From Alphaproteobacteria bacterium (GTDB lineage: Bacteria > Pseudomonadota > Alphaproteobacteria > CBCXTS01): a stretch of 64,000 bases of DNA. Position 1 is the stretch's first letter; the number at the start of each line of letters is the position of its first letter. Shown one piece after another: positions 19,186 to 30,541 of this stretch. Position numbers and translations under genes: made by a program. The DNA lies in contig CBCXTS010000026.1 in NCBI GenBank assembly GCA_965178085.1, forward strand, positions 90,205 to 154,204. Reading direction: 5' to 3'. The notes beneath the pieces were generated by a model. That model was not told the DNA's origin and did no database searches. It saw only the letters and a list, made by a program, of their open reading frames with translations.

Positions 19186-20607
19186 ATGAAGAATGTGATT
19201 ATTTTAAATTACAATCATTTATATACACAATGGAGTACACACATCAAACGCATAGGCGTGATATTGATGTTGGCGCTTTGTGTGATGATGGTTGCAGCTC
19301 CACAAGTATTTGCAGCACGTTATGCGGCATTAATAGTGCGCGCAGACAATGGCGAAGTGCTCACTCAAAGAGATCCTCATCGGCGTGTCTATCCAGCTTC
19401 TTTAACTAAAGTGATGACCCTTTTTATGGTTTTTGAAGCGCTGCAAGAGAAAAAAATCACACTCAATACAAAATTAGTAGTTTCAAAACGTGCCGCTGGA
19501 CAGACACCTACTAAAATAGGATTTAAGCAAGGTGAAAAAATACCCTTAGATGTTTTAATCATGAGCCTTATTGTGCGTTCTGCAAATGATGCAGCTGTGG
19601 TTGTTGCAGAAAAATTAGGCAATGGTAGTGAGCAAAAATTTGCAGGAATGATGACAAAGCGCGCTCGTAAACTCGGCATGCGAAGAACAACATTTAAAAA
19701 TGCATCAGGACTGCCAAATCGAGGACAGGTAACAACTGCCCATGATATGGTTTTATTAGGGCGTGAGTTGATACGTAAATTTCCTAGTTATTATAAGCTT
19801 TTTTCAACGCGCAGTTTTAAATTTCGTGGGCGCACATATAAAAGTCATAATAATTTACTTAAAAAAAATAAATATATTGATGGCATTAAAACCGGCTATA
19901 TTCGTGCAAGCGGCTATAATGTATTAACCTCTATTAACAAGCCAGGATCACCACGATTAATTGGTGTGGTATTTGGCGGAAGAAGCGCTCCAAGCCGAGA
20001 TAAGCAAATGGGACGTCTGTTGACTAAAGGATATAATAATCTTAAGCAAAATCGTTTGGCTTCTGTACAAGAACCACAACATGCTGATCGGCCAACACCG
20101 TCATTATTTGCAAATTCTGCGCAATCAAGGATTATCCAACAACCAGCCTCTCGACCTGTTGCAAAGGCATATCCGGCAATTATTAATTCTAACGCACGAC
20201 TATCAGTAAACAATAGTGCATTAGAAGCAAAAGGGGCACAAGGACATCTAAACACAGCCCTTGGTGAAACATGGTCAAACAATACAAACTTGCTTAAAGC
20301 TTATGCTAAACTTAAACAGCCCAAAGCAACCAATGAACAAGACACTAAGAAAAAAGGCAAATCGATATGGTCTATACAAGTTGGAGCATTTAGATCTAAA
20401 AAAGATGCTCAAAATGCTAATATACGTGCCAGTGGAATATTAGGCTCTATTGGTAAATTGCTTAGGCCTAGTGTCCATAAAATTGTTAATCGGAAGCTGT
20501 ATCGAGCTAGGTTAAAAGGCTTGAAATATACCAGTGCAAAAACTGCTTGTAAAATATTACAAAAGAATAAAATGGACTGCTTAGTTGTCCAATCAGTTCA
20601 AGGGTAA
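19186..20607 (+). CDS. D-alanyl-D-alanine carboxypeptidase (S11) with C-terminal SPOR domain
   Basis: PASLTK (SxxK), SAN, KTG; C-terminal WSIQVGAF...YRARL; exact start uncertain. Confidence 0.88.
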   Translation: MKNVIILNYNHLYTQWSTHIKRIGVILMLALCVMMVAAPQVFAARYAALIVRADNGEVLTQRDPHRRVYPASLTKVMTLFMVFEALQEKKITLNTKLVVSKRAAGQTPTKIGFKQGEKIPLDVLIMSLIVRSANDAAVVVAEKLGNGSEQKFAGMMTKRARKLGMRRTTFKNASGLPNRGQVTTAHDMVLLGRELIRKFPSYYKLFSTRSFKFRGRTYKSHNNLLKKNKYIDGIKTGYIRASGYNVLTSINKPGSPRLIGVVFGGRSAPSRDKQMGRLLTKGYNNLKQNRLASVQEPQHADRPTPSLFANSAQSRIIQQPASRPVAKAYPAIINSNARLSVNNSALEAKGAQGHLNTALGETWSNNTNLLKAYAKLKQPKATNEQDTKKKGKSIWSIQVGAFRSKKDAQNANIRASGILGSIGKLLRPSVHKIVNRKLYRARLKGLKYTSAKTACKILQKNKMDCLVVQSVQG

Positions 20608-20696
20608 CGGGCAAATTTTGAATAGTTATTTGCCATGTTTCATGTGTAATGTAGCTGTATTTGATTTGCCTATAGCAGATAGAAGCTCATCGTAAA

Positions 20697-23562
20697 TTGT
20701 TAGATTCACTCACATCAGATTTCAACTGGGCTGGATTGCGGGTTGATAAAAAATTTGATGTCTTTTCTAGCAACGGTGAATTATTAACTCTAGATCCAGA
20801 GAATGATTTTTCTCAAATTGTAAGCTTGGATTCATTATGTGTCTGCCATCATGTTTCGGTGCAACCACTGTTGGGTCATATGGAAAAAGCTCCTGGTGAT
20901 ATATTAGAATTATTTGTGTTTGCTTATCCAAGTGTTTTTTCAGTGCCTACCATTGAAGGTTTGCTAAAAGCCCTTGATTTGCATGGGCAAGGTCATTTAG
21001 GGCTAGATCTACATCTCATTGCGATGACATGTTTGCAACGGATCCAAGCCAATCCATCTAGAAAATGGCTTCAGTCGCTAGCTAATATACTTTTACATGC
21101 TCGCTGGTATTGGGCAAAGCCCGTAGCTCATGCGCTGGACATAGATTTAACAAGCCTACCATTAACCGATCAGCAAAATAACATATTATTAGACGGGCTA
21201 TCTATTTGGAAAACATTGCCAGAATGGGAAGATGCTCCCAAGCGCGCAAAAGCTGGAAATAAATCGCTAAACGTCGAGCAAGCCCAGCAGATGCTATTAC
21301 GCGTGACAAGCCATTTAGGAGAAAAACGTAAACAGCAATATGAATATACAGGTGTTATAGCCCATGCATTTAATGCTCAATTACCAGAACATCCAACCGG
21401 TTTTGCTATTGTACAAGGTGAAACCGGTATTGGAAAAACATTAGGTTATCTAGCTCCTGCTATTGCCTGGGCAGATCAAAACCAAGGCAGTATATGGCTA
21501 TCAACCTTTACAAAACATTTACAAAGGCAATTAATTGATGAGCTTCGTCGTATTTTTCCAGATGAAGCTACTTATAATCAACGCGTTGCGATGCGCAAAG
21601 GTCGAGAAAATTATCTATGCTTATTAAACCTTGAGGAAAAAATAAATGAGAGCCTATCAAATCCCCACAAATTAATTGCGTTGGTTTTAGTGGTGAGATG
21701 GCTTGCGCAGGAAAAAAAGGGCGATTTAACAGATGGTAGTTTTCCATCGTGGTTGGTTGAGTTGTTTGGTGCACCCACAACCATAGGTTTAGGAGATAAG
21801 CGTGGAGAATGTATCCATAGTGCGTGTCCACATTGGCGCAAATGCTTTATAGAACATAACCAACGTAAAGCACATCATGCAGATTTCATTGTAGTTAATC
21901 ATGCGTTGCTTATTGAAGAGTTTTCTTATGGTCATGATGCTTATCCTGAGCGGATTATACTCGATGAAGGACATCATATTATGCAAGCAGCTGACAGCGC
22001 ATTTTCAATAGATTTGAGTGGAAAAGAGGGTGTGTTTTTAAGAAGATGGATTTTTGGTGCTGGCTCAAGAAAATACGCCAGAGGACTTAGACGCCGTCTT
22101 GATGGTTTGATTACAACATATGAAGATGAGATTTTATTAAGTAATTTTTTATTAAGTGTAAATATGCTTCCAGATATTGGATGGATGGAACGCATGCATC
22201 ACGGTAAGTTTACAGGTACATATGAAGCTTTTTTATTAGAGGTGCGCAAATATTTATACCATTGCAATCAGCACCAACATAGCGAATACGATCTTGAAAG
22301 TAGTTGTGAGACAACTAGCGATGGCATAAAGTCGACAGCGTTGGCATTATATCAAGCATTTGAAGAGGTGCTTGATCATGCTTTCAAGCTTGAAGCGATG
22401 CTGATACAAAAAAATACCGAAGCATCACTTGATAATATGAGCGTTGGATTAGATGTAGATACAAAAAAAACCATTGGTGACACTTTCAAAAAAAACATGG
22501 CACAGTCTCTTTCTAGTGTTGAGAAAAAACGCGCAAACTTTATGGCCACATCATTTAAAGAGAGAGTGATCAACCGTTTGGTGAATTGGCAATCGATGTT
22601 GCATGGATTGTTAAATGAAGATGATGATCAAGTAGAACAAAAATTTCATGATCAATTTATCCTTAATAGATATATAGGCAACAATAATGCTATCAAGGAT
22701 AGCGACGTTGCTTATCAACGCTATTGGATCAATCCTCTAGAGCCTTTTGCCGATCGCGTTTGGAGCAACGTATCGGGTGCTGCAATTACCTCAGCTACAT
22801 TGATGGATAGATCTATTGAAGCCCAAGAATCTCAAATCAATAGCTCCACTCAAGAAACAATGGCTTGGGATGACGTATATAAACGCACTGGCTTAGATAG
22901 GATTGAAGGTGATATTAAGCGGGCTTGTTTTTCAACCCCTTTTCATTATAAAAAGCAGGCGCAAATCTATATTATTAGTGACCTCAACACGAGTGAATCA
23001 GTACTGATTGCGCGTGCATTAACTCATCTGTTTGATGCTTGTGATGGTGGCGGGCTTGCATTATTTACAGCCATTCAAAAGCTACGCCAAGTTCATAAAC
23101 ATCTGGCTCCTAGAATGCAAGTTGCTAATCGAAAACTATTAGCCCAACATGTTGATCCATTTTCGTTACCTAGTTTGATCGATATATTTAAAGCAGATGA
23201 ACAATCTTGCTTGATCGGTACCGATGCATTACGCGATGGAGTTGATATCCCAGGCAAAGCTCTACGGTTGGTATGTTTTGATCGCTGTCCCTTGGGCAAG
23301 AAATAATTTGTTACATAAAGCGCGCCGAAACTCTTTTGGTGCTAGAATGTTTGATGAACAGATCGTACGGTTACGGTTGAAGCAAGCATTTGGGCGGCTG
23401 ATTAGAAGGTCTGATGATTGTGGTGTGTTTGTTATGTTAGATAAACGCCTTCCTAGTAGGCTGCATGATGCATTCCCACCAGGAGCAGAAATATTCAAAC
23501 AAACACTTGGCGAAGCATGTGCAAATATCCGCTTGTTTTATAAAAATGCCAATCAACAATGA
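20697..23562 (+). pseudogene. DinG/YoaA family ATP-dependent DNA helicase interrupted by a +1 frameshift at about 23286 (real lesion or sequence error)
   Basis: TGIGKT, KGRENYLC, Fe-S Cys cluster, DEGH, TSAT and GVDIPG in ORF 20697-23306; motif VI QAFGRLIRR in a different frame (ORF 23224-23562). Confidence 0.8.
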
Positions 23563-23572
23563 TGATGAGGCA

Positions 23573-23634
23573 TATGGATAACCTTATAAGACATGTTGTC
23601 TTTTGGGTTTTGCATATTATCCATACTTTCCACA
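23573..23634. promoter_or_regulatory. Three DnaA-box-like 9-mers upstream of dnaB
   Basis: TTATCCATA (- strand, 23573-23581), TTATCCATA (23617-23625) and CTTTCCACA (23626-23634); each is one mismatch from TTWTNCACA. Confidence 0.55.
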
Positions 23635-23830
23635 GGCTTATAAATACATATATGTCTTTCCGGGTTAATTTTTTTTCAGATAAGATCAACATATTAAATG
23701 AACGCGCTATTGTTTAAAATAACGCCAGTGCCATTAGGTGCATGTTCATTTGTTTATTTTCTTTTAAAAACCTTTATTTTTTTAATGCTTAACGAAGGTA
23801 TATACTTAACATGATCAATTGTTCAAGCCT

Positions 23831-25378
23831 ATGACATCAGATGCTAATGTATCGATCATTGGAACGCAAACGCCTCTTCAAGTTATTCAAGAAGATCAGC
23901 CGGTGCGCTCTATGCCCTATAATACTCAAGTAGAATCAGCTCTATTAGGGGCGTGTTTGCGCAATAATACTGCCTTTGAAGCAGTAGCAGAAATTATACA
24001 AGAAGAGCATTTTTACGCTCAAGAACACGCAAAGATTTTTTCATATATTGCACAATTAATTGAAAAAGGACAAATTGCCAGTGTTGAGACCCTCAAACAT
24101 ATCGTAGACCATGAGCCAATGCTAAAAGAAATTGGTGGTAGCGACTACTTAGCAGGGTTGGTTGTTAATCTTGTCAATATTATATCGGTAAAAGATCATG
24201 CTAATATCATACGAGATTTGGCTATTAAACGGGCATTAATTAATTTAGGAGAAAATATCGTTAATGATGCTTTTGATATAACCGATCTTAATGATCATAG
24301 TGATAAGCAAATTGAACGCGCAGAGCAAGAGCTTTATAATTTAGCAGAAAAAGGTGATAGCTCGGGTAAGGCTACCAGTCTTAAAAGTGCGATGACCGAG
24401 GCCATTGAAATGGCAAACCACGCCTTTAGTCGTGATAATAAACTTGTAGGGACTACCAGCGGGTTTCAAAAAATTGATGCCATTCTTGGTGGGTTTCATC
24501 CATCGGATCTTTTAGTGCTTGCAGGGCGCCCAGCAATGGGAAAAACTGCCCTTGCAACAAACTTTGCTTATAATGCTGCAGCACAATTTAAAAGTCGCCA
24601 AGAAAATGGTCGTGAAATCATTGAAGGCGGGAGGGTATTGTTTTTTTCATTAGAAATGTCTGCAGCACAGCTGGCTAATCGTATTTTATCTCAAGTTATA
24701 GGCATTTCAAGTGATAAAATACGCCGTGGTGCAATCAGCATAAGCGATTTTAATCAATTAAGCACTGCTGCTAGAAATCTTGCTAAGATACCTTTATTTA
24801 TTGACGATACGCCTGCTTTGAGTGTTACTGCTGTTAGGCAAAGAGCTAGAAGGGTGAAGCGTGTTCATGGTTTGGAAATGATTGTGATTGATTATTTACA
24901 GCTTTTACAACCTCCAACAGGCAAACGTTTTGATGGACGTGTGCAAGAGGTTTCAGAAATTACTCGAGCTTTAAAAACGCTTGCTAAAGAGCTGAATGTG
25001 CCTGTTATTGCTCTTTCGCAGTTGTCGCGCCAAGTAGAACAACGAGAAGACAAGCATCCACAATTATCTGATCTTAGAGAATCAGGCTCTATTGAGCAAG
25101 ATGCTGATGTGGTTTGCTTTATTTATAGACCAGAATATTATATTAGTAAAAGTCCACCTGAACAACGCGATAGTGAAACAGATATGCATTTTACTGAGCG
25201 TGTTAATAGGCATGAAAAACGCTTGGAAGAGAAACGCAACATCGCTGAGTTTATTATAGCCAAACAGCGCCATGGTCCTGTTGGAGAAGTTGACTTGCAT
25301 TTTGCAAGCGAATTAACTCGCTTTAGTGATTTGGATAGCAAATATGATGCAATTCCAGATAATTCTCAATTGAGTTAG
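23831..25378 (+). CDS. dnaB: Replicative DNA helicase
   Basis: GRPAMGKT, FSLEM, IDYLQL, LSQLSR, LSDLRESGSIEQDAD, KQRHGP. Confidence 0.97.
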   Translation: MTSDANVSIIGTQTPLQVIQEDQPVRSMPYNTQVESALLGACLRNNTAFEAVAEIIQEEHFYAQEHAKIFSYIAQLIEKGQIASVETLKHIVDHEPMLKEIGGSDYLAGLVVNLVNIISVKDHANIIRDLAIKRALINLGENIVNDAFDITDLNDHSDKQIERAEQELYNLAEKGDSSGKATSLKSAMTEAIEMANHAFSRDNKLVGTTSGFQKIDAILGGFHPSDLLVLAGRPAMGKTALATNFAYNAAAQFKSRQENGREIIEGGRVLFFSLEMSAAQLANRILSQVIGISSDKIRRGAISISDFNQLSTAARNLAKIPLFIDDTPALSVTAVRQRARRVKRVHGLEMIVIDYLQLLQPPTGKRFDGRVQEVSEITRALKTLAKELNVPVIALSQLSRQVEQREDKHPQLSDLRESGSIEQDADVVCFIYRPEYYISKSPPEQRDSETDMHFTERVNRHEKRLEEKRNIAEFIIAKQRHGPVGEVDLHFASELTRFSDLDSKYDAIPDNSQLS

Positions 25379-25436
25379 GTGATTGTTGTTAGTGTTGTTT
25401 TTATTAGCATAGCCTTTTAAAATACCAGGAAAAACA

Positions 25437-26528
25437 ATGAGCGAATTGCTTGCTAAAATGGAAATCAGTGCTTCTGCTATTGAGGCTAATTATAAAGCCC
25501 TTAGCAATATTGCAAGAACGTCACAAATTGCTGGGGTCGTCAAAGCAGACGGATACGGTTTAGGAGCTGTCAATGCTGTGCAAGTGTTAGCAAAAGCTGG
25601 GTGCAAGTTGTTTTTTGTTGCAAGCCTTGACGAGGCATTGGCGTTGAATGATATCTATAAAGATAGCTTGAGTAACTCGATCACCATCAGTGTTTTGTCA
25701 GGTGTTATAGGCAACGATGTTGGCTATTATACAGATAATCATTTTGTACCAGTTTTAAATACGTTAGAGCAAATATTAAGTTGGGCAGAATTGGGTCGTG
25801 GCCAACCTGCTTTTGTGCATATTGATACCGGCATGAATCGTACTGGCATTGGGTTTGAAGATTTACTTGAAAAGACGGAATCTTTTTTGTTGGCTCTTAA
25901 ACAAATTAAATGCATGGGAGTGCTATCCCATCTTGCTTGTGCAGATAATCGCTCACATCCAATGAACAAAGCACAATTGAAAAAATTTGAATATGTACAA
26001 AAATTATTCAACAATCAATATGCTTGCAGTTTAGCTGCATCAGGGGGTGTGTTTTTAGGAGAAGAATATCATTTTGACTTTGCTCGCTGTGGCATTGCTC
26101 TTTATGGTGGTTTGCCAAATGATTGTGCAAAAAATGTTATTCAACCAGTTGTTAAGCTTTATGCGCGGATCATACAGATTCGTGAATGCGGGCAAGGGCA
26201 ATCGGTTGGTTATGGGGCCGGCTATGGTGTACAGACAAAGCAAAAAATCGCAACCATCGCATGTGGTTATAATGACGGGATATCGCGCAGATTGTCTACA
26301 AATGCATCATTTGCATTTCAAGGTAGAGCGCTGCCAGTGGTTGGTCGCGTTTCGATGGATTATATTACTGTGCGTCTTCTAGATGATATGGTAGCTAAAC
26401 AAGGAGATTATGTTGAAGTTGCTGGAGTAACCAAGAGCTTGCAGAGTTTGGCAGAAGATCTAGGAACTATTGATTATGAAACATTATGCACATTAGGAAC
26501 GCGCTGGAAAAGGATATGGGTTGAGTAG
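25437..26528 (+). CDS. alr: Alanine racemase
   Basis: VVKADGYG, DTGMNRTG, SHLACAD, VGYG, GRVSMD. Confidence 0.95.
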   Translation: MSELLAKMEISASAIEANYKALSNIARTSQIAGVVKADGYGLGAVNAVQVLAKAGCKLFFVASLDEALALNDIYKDSLSNSITISVLSGVIGNDVGYYTDNHFVPVLNTLEQILSWAELGRGQPAFVHIDTGMNRTGIGFEDLLEKTESFLLALKQIKCMGVLSHLACADNRSHPMNKAQLKKFEYVQKLFNNQYACSLAASGGVFLGEEYHFDFARCGIALYGGLPNDCAKNVIQPVVKLYARIIQIRECGQGQSVGYGAGYGVQTKQKIATIACGYNDGISRRLSTNASFAFQGRALPVVGRVSMDYITVRLLDDMVAKQGDYVEVAGVTKSLQSLAEDLGTIDYETLCTLGTRWKRIWVE

Positions 26529-26661
26529 AGGTTGTTTGGAATTACTTTCGAGCATATCATTTCAAACTTAAAACGCATCAAACATTGCGAAAGTGAGCAT
26601 TTTAATTCATAATAGATAAAACGGAACATCAACATATTCTATTATTCAATTGTAAGTATTT

Positions 26662-27444
26662 ATGAGCCCTATTTTATTATTAGCAACGATAGGTAGAACG
26701 TGCCTATCATTGTTTGAATCATCTGGCCGATTAATTTTGTTTGCTGGTACTGCAATTAGCCATATTGTACGCCCGCCTGTTTATCTACGATTATTGTGGC
26801 GTCAAATACTTGATATAGGGTATTTTTCGCTGCCAGTTGTAGGTATGACTACTTTATTTGCAGGGATGGTATTGGCGTTGCAAAGCTATTCTGGGGTGGC
26901 CAATAATCTTGCTGAAGATACAATACCTCCTTTAGTGGTTTTGGCCATTACGCGTGAATTAGCGCCTGTGCTAGCTGGGTTGATGGTTGCAGGAAGAGTA
27001 GGAGCTGCTATTGCTGCAGAAATTGGCACTATGCGTGTTTCAGAACAGATTGATGCGCTTGGTACTTTATCAACCAACCCTTTTAAATATTTAATTGTCC
27101 CTAGAATATTGGCTGGGGTTACGATGTTGCCGCTATTGGTGCTTGTTGGGGATGTGATGGGTATTTTAGGCGGGTATTTGGTTTGCGTATATCAATTAGG
27201 GTTTAACCCGGTTGGATATTTAGAGCGTGCATTTGATGCTTTAAAAATTATTGGGGTAATTTCTGGCGTTGTAAAGGCAGCCGCTTTTGGTTTTATTATT
27301 ACGATCATGGGGTGCTATCAAGGTTACTTTAGTCAAGGAGGCGCCCAAGGCGTTGGTGCTGCTACAACTAATGCTGTCGTAACATCTTCTATTTTAATAT
27401 TAATTTTTAATTATATCATTACAGTATTATTTTTTGGCAAGTAA
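26662..27444 (+). CDS. mlaE: MlaE family ABC transporter permease
   Basis: RELAPVL, AEIGTMRVSEQIDAL, GGAQGVG.ATT.AVV. Confidence 0.93.
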   Translation: MSPILLLATIGRTCLSLFESSGRLILFAGTAISHIVRPPVYLRLLWRQILDIGYFSLPVVGMTTLFAGMVLALQSYSGVANNLAEDTIPPLVVLAITRELAPVLAGLMVAGRVGAAIAAEIGTMRVSEQIDALGTLSTNPFKYLIVPRILAGVTMLPLLVLVGDVMGILGGYLVCVYQLGFNPVGYLERAFDALKIIGVISGVVKAAAFGFIITIMGCYQGYFSQGGAQGVGAATTNAVVTSSILILIFNYIITVLFFGK

Positions 27445-27492
27445 TACCATCATCGATTGATATTGCCATCAAAAGATATTTTGGATAAAACG

Positions 27493-28287
27493 ATGCAAAC
27501 AAATTCTACAACGACATCTCCTATTAAAATTTCAGTACAAGAAGTTACAAAAAGCTTTGGCTCTAAAGCTGTTTTAAGCGGTGTTAACCTTGAGGTTGAG
27601 CTTTCGGATTCGATGATTATTATCGGAGGGTCAGGGACAGGAAAATCGGTTTTATTGAAATGTATTTTGGGATTAGAAACCCCTGATAGCGGCGATATAT
27701 TGATTGATGGAAAATCGATTTTATCCATGAATACAAGACAGCGCGAAGAAGTTAATGATCGCATTGGTATGCTTTTTCAATATGCGGCTTTATTTGATAG
27801 TTTAAGTGTCTGGGAAAATGTGGCGTTTGGGTTGATACAAGGCAAAAATATGGCGCGTAAAATTGCCCGTGACATAGCAGTTGAACGCCTTGCAGATGTA
27901 GGTTTAGGTAGCGAGGTGATTGAGCTTTCTCCAGCAGAACTTTCAGGTGGTATGCGTAAAAGAGTAGGTCTAGCGCGTGCTATTGCCTCTAATCCAGAGA
28001 TTTTATTTTTTGATGAACCAACAACAGGCCTTGATCCTATTATGGGGCATATTATTGATGATTTAATTGTTAAGGTTGTTTCGAAAATTGGTGCAACCGG
28101 TTTAACAATTACACATGATATGGTAAGTGCAAAACGTATATCAACAAAACTGGCAATGTTATATCAGGGAAAAATTTTATGGACTGGAGCAACCCATGAA
28201 ATAGAACAAACTGATAACCCATATGTCCAACAATTTATTACTGGCAACATTAACGGACCCATTAGCATGAGTATTAAAAAGCTGTAA
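27493..28287 (+). CDS. mlaF: MlaF-like ABC transporter ATP-binding protein
   Basis: GGSGTGKS, LSGGMRKR, DEPTTGLDP; follows mlaE. Confidence 0.88.
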   Translation: MQTNSTTTSPIKISVQEVTKSFGSKAVLSGVNLEVELSDSMIIIGGSGTGKSVLLKCILGLETPDSGDILIDGKSILSMNTRQREEVNDRIGMLFQYAALFDSLSVWENVAFGLIQGKNMARKIARDIAVERLADVGLGSEVIELSPAELSGGMRKRVGLARAIASNPEILFFDEPTTGLDPIMGHIIDDLIVKVVSKIGATGLTITHDMVSAKRISTKLAMLYQGKILWTGATHEIEQTDNPYVQQFITGNINGPISMSIKKL

Positions 28288-28322
28288 TGTTCGAGTTTGT
28301 TATAAGAACGCAGTAAGTAAAT

Positions 28323-29717
28323 ATGTCAAAAAATGCCAATAAACAATTTATCTGTCAGTCTTGCGGAGGCATTCAAACGCGTTGGTCAGGTAAATGTGAT
28401 AGCTGCGGTCAATGGAATAGCATTACTGAAGAGGTGATAGAATCCAGGCCTAAATTCCTTGCTCGCAGCAGCACTAAAAATACCCCTAGCATTCAATTGC
28501 ATAGCCTCAATACTAAACGCGCGTCACTAAAGCGTCATGTTAGTAATATCGGAGAGCTTGATCGTGTTCTAGGAGGAGGTTTTGTACCAGGTTCAGCAAT
28601 TCTAGTTGGTGGAGATCCCGGCATTGGCAAGTCCACTTTGTTACTGCAAACAGCAGCAGAACTATCAAAGACAGCTTCTGTCATGTATGTTTCTGGAGAA
28701 GAAGGCGTAGATCAAATTAGCATGCGTGCTGTACGTTTAAAGGTTGATTCAGCGCCTGTAAAACTTGCAAATGCTACATCTGTGTATGCTATTATTGAAA
28801 CAATCAAACAGCAAGAAAACGCTGTGCATGTGTTGATTATTGATTCTATTCAAACTGTTTATATTGATAGTATTGATAGCGCCCCTGGTAGCGTTACACA
28901 AGTTAGAGCGTCTGCGTTTGAGCTTATTAGGATGGCCAAGAAAACCGGGATTGTTGTGATATTGGTTGGACATGTCACTAAAGATGGATCCATTGCAGGG
29001 CCGCGTGTGCTTGAGCATATGGTAGATGCAGTGCTTTATTTTGAAGGAGAAAGAGGCCATCCATTTCGTATTTTAAGGGCTGTCAAAAATCGCTTTGGTG
29101 CAACCGATGAAATTGGCGTTTTTGATATGTCGCATGATGGATTGCAGCAAGTGATCAATCCATCAGCTTTGTTTTTGGGCGATAGACAAGATCAAGTTGC
29201 AGGTAGTTGCGTGTTTGCAGGCATTGAAGGTACGAGACCTATTTTAACTGAAATTCAAGCGCTTGTGATGGTTAGTACACTTAATATGCCGCGCCGTTCA
29301 ACCGTTGGGTGGGACTCAAATCGATTGTCAATGGTTTTAGCAGTATTAGAATCACGTGCTGGATTTAAATTTTCAACCTGTGATGTGTATCTTAATATAG
29401 CAGGAGGAATGCGCATTTTTGAACCAGCTGCAGATTTAGCTGTTGCATGTGCTTTAATTTCTGCACTTACGAATAAAAAAATTCCAGGTAATTTGATTGC
29501 TTTTGGAGAGATTGGTCTAACGGGCGATATTCGATTTGTATCGCAAGGTGACTTGCGGTTGCGTGAAGCAAAAAAATTAGGATTTACACAAGCGATCATC
29601 CCTGAAAGGCGAGCACAAAAACTTACGAAGCTTGCATTGCATAAGCATCAAGTTGTAGAAGTGAAAGATCTAAAAACAATATTGAATAATGTTTCGTCTA
29701 GACCATTTATAACCTAA
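28323..29717 (+). CDS. radA: DNA repair protein RadA/Sms
   Basis: C4 zinc finger, GDPGIGKST, KNRFG motif. Confidence 0.97.
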   Translation: MSKNANKQFICQSCGGIQTRWSGKCDSCGQWNSITEEVIESRPKFLARSSTKNTPSIQLHSLNTKRASLKRHVSNIGELDRVLGGGFVPGSAILVGGDPGIGKSTLLLQTAAELSKTASVMYVSGEEGVDQISMRAVRLKVDSAPVKLANATSVYAIIETIKQQENAVHVLIIDSIQTVYIDSIDSAPGSVTQVRASAFELIRMAKKTGIVVILVGHVTKDGSIAGPRVLEHMVDAVLYFEGERGHPFRILRAVKNRFGATDEIGVFDMSHDGLQQVINPSALFLGDRQDQVAGSCVFAGIEGTRPILTEIQALVMVSTLNMPRRSTVGWDSNRLSMVLAVLESRAGFKFSTCDVYLNIAGGMRIFEPAADLAVACALISALTNKKIPGNLIAFGEIGLTGDIRFVSQGDLRLREAKKLGFTQAIIPERRAQKLTKLALHKHQVVEVKDLKTILNNVSSRPFIT

Positions 29718-29757
29718 AGATAGAAAAGCAAATTATGAGATATACTGATAGAGTGTC

Positions 29758-30480
29758 ATGGCAAATATTGATTTAACACAGCTAAATTGGTTTGATCTTA
29801 TTGTAATAGCTATTATTAGTAGCTCATTCATATGGGCGTTTTTGCGCGGCATTGTCCATGAGCTGACCTCACTTTTGTCTTGGGCTAGTGCGGTAGTGTC
29901 AATTATTTTACTGACGCCTATTCTTGCTCCTTTGATTGCAGAAAAGATAAATTCACAAGGTGCTGCAATAGGTTTGGCAGCGACGATTTCATTTTTGATG
30001 GGTTTTTCTATTGTAGTGCTATTTACGCGCTTAATAGATCGAATGTTAGGTGATGGGCCTGTTGGATTGATTGATCAAATATTGGGTAGTGTTTTTGGAT
30101 TAATACGCGGTGTGTTTTTTGTTTGTATCTTATATATGGGCATGCATTGGCTATTAACAGCTGAAGGTCTACCTAAGGCTGTTTTAACGGGGATATCTTC
30201 ACCTTATGTTATAACAGGAGCAGACTTAATTGTTGCTGCACTTCCTCCTGGTTGGTTGTCACAATCTGCAAGCATTATCGATCAGACAGCCTCGGGAGCA
30301 CAGCAAATATTAGAAGGCTCATCTAACGCAGAGCTACAACAACCGCTAGGAAGTTTAGAAGATGGTTTAGAAGATGGTTTGGAAACAGCAAATGAAGAAG
30401 TTGTGGAAACGCTGTCTCAGCCAAATCAATTGCTTGAAAATGAGCCAGAAATACTAGAGCAACTAGATGATCAATTTTAA
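29758..30480 (+). CDS. cvpA: CvpA (colicin V production) family membrane protein with acidic C-terminal tail
   Basis: RG.V.E..SL, D..LG..FG..RG; sits between radA and purF; 12-bp duplication GTTTAGAAGATG at 30353-30376. Confidence 0.85.
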   Translation: MANIDLTQLNWFDLIVIAIISSSFIWAFLRGIVHELTSLLSWASAVVSIILLTPILAPLIAEKINSQGAAIGLAATISFLMGFSIVVLFTRLIDRMLGDGPVGLIDQILGSVFGLIRGVFFVCILYMGMHWLLTAEGLPKAVLTGISSPYVITGADLIVAALPPGWLSQSASIIDQTASGAQQILEGSSNAELQQPLGSLEDGLEDGLETANEEVVETLSQPNQLLENEPEILEQLDDQF

Positions 30481-30541
30481 CGCTATATATGATAAAATAT
30501 TCTCAAAGAACACGACATTAACCTCATATTAGGTATTATTG

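Noticed and set aside
23224-23562. Independent 112-aa gene
   Set aside because: It is the out-of-frame C-terminus of the DinG helicase; residues before about 23286 are not helicase-like.
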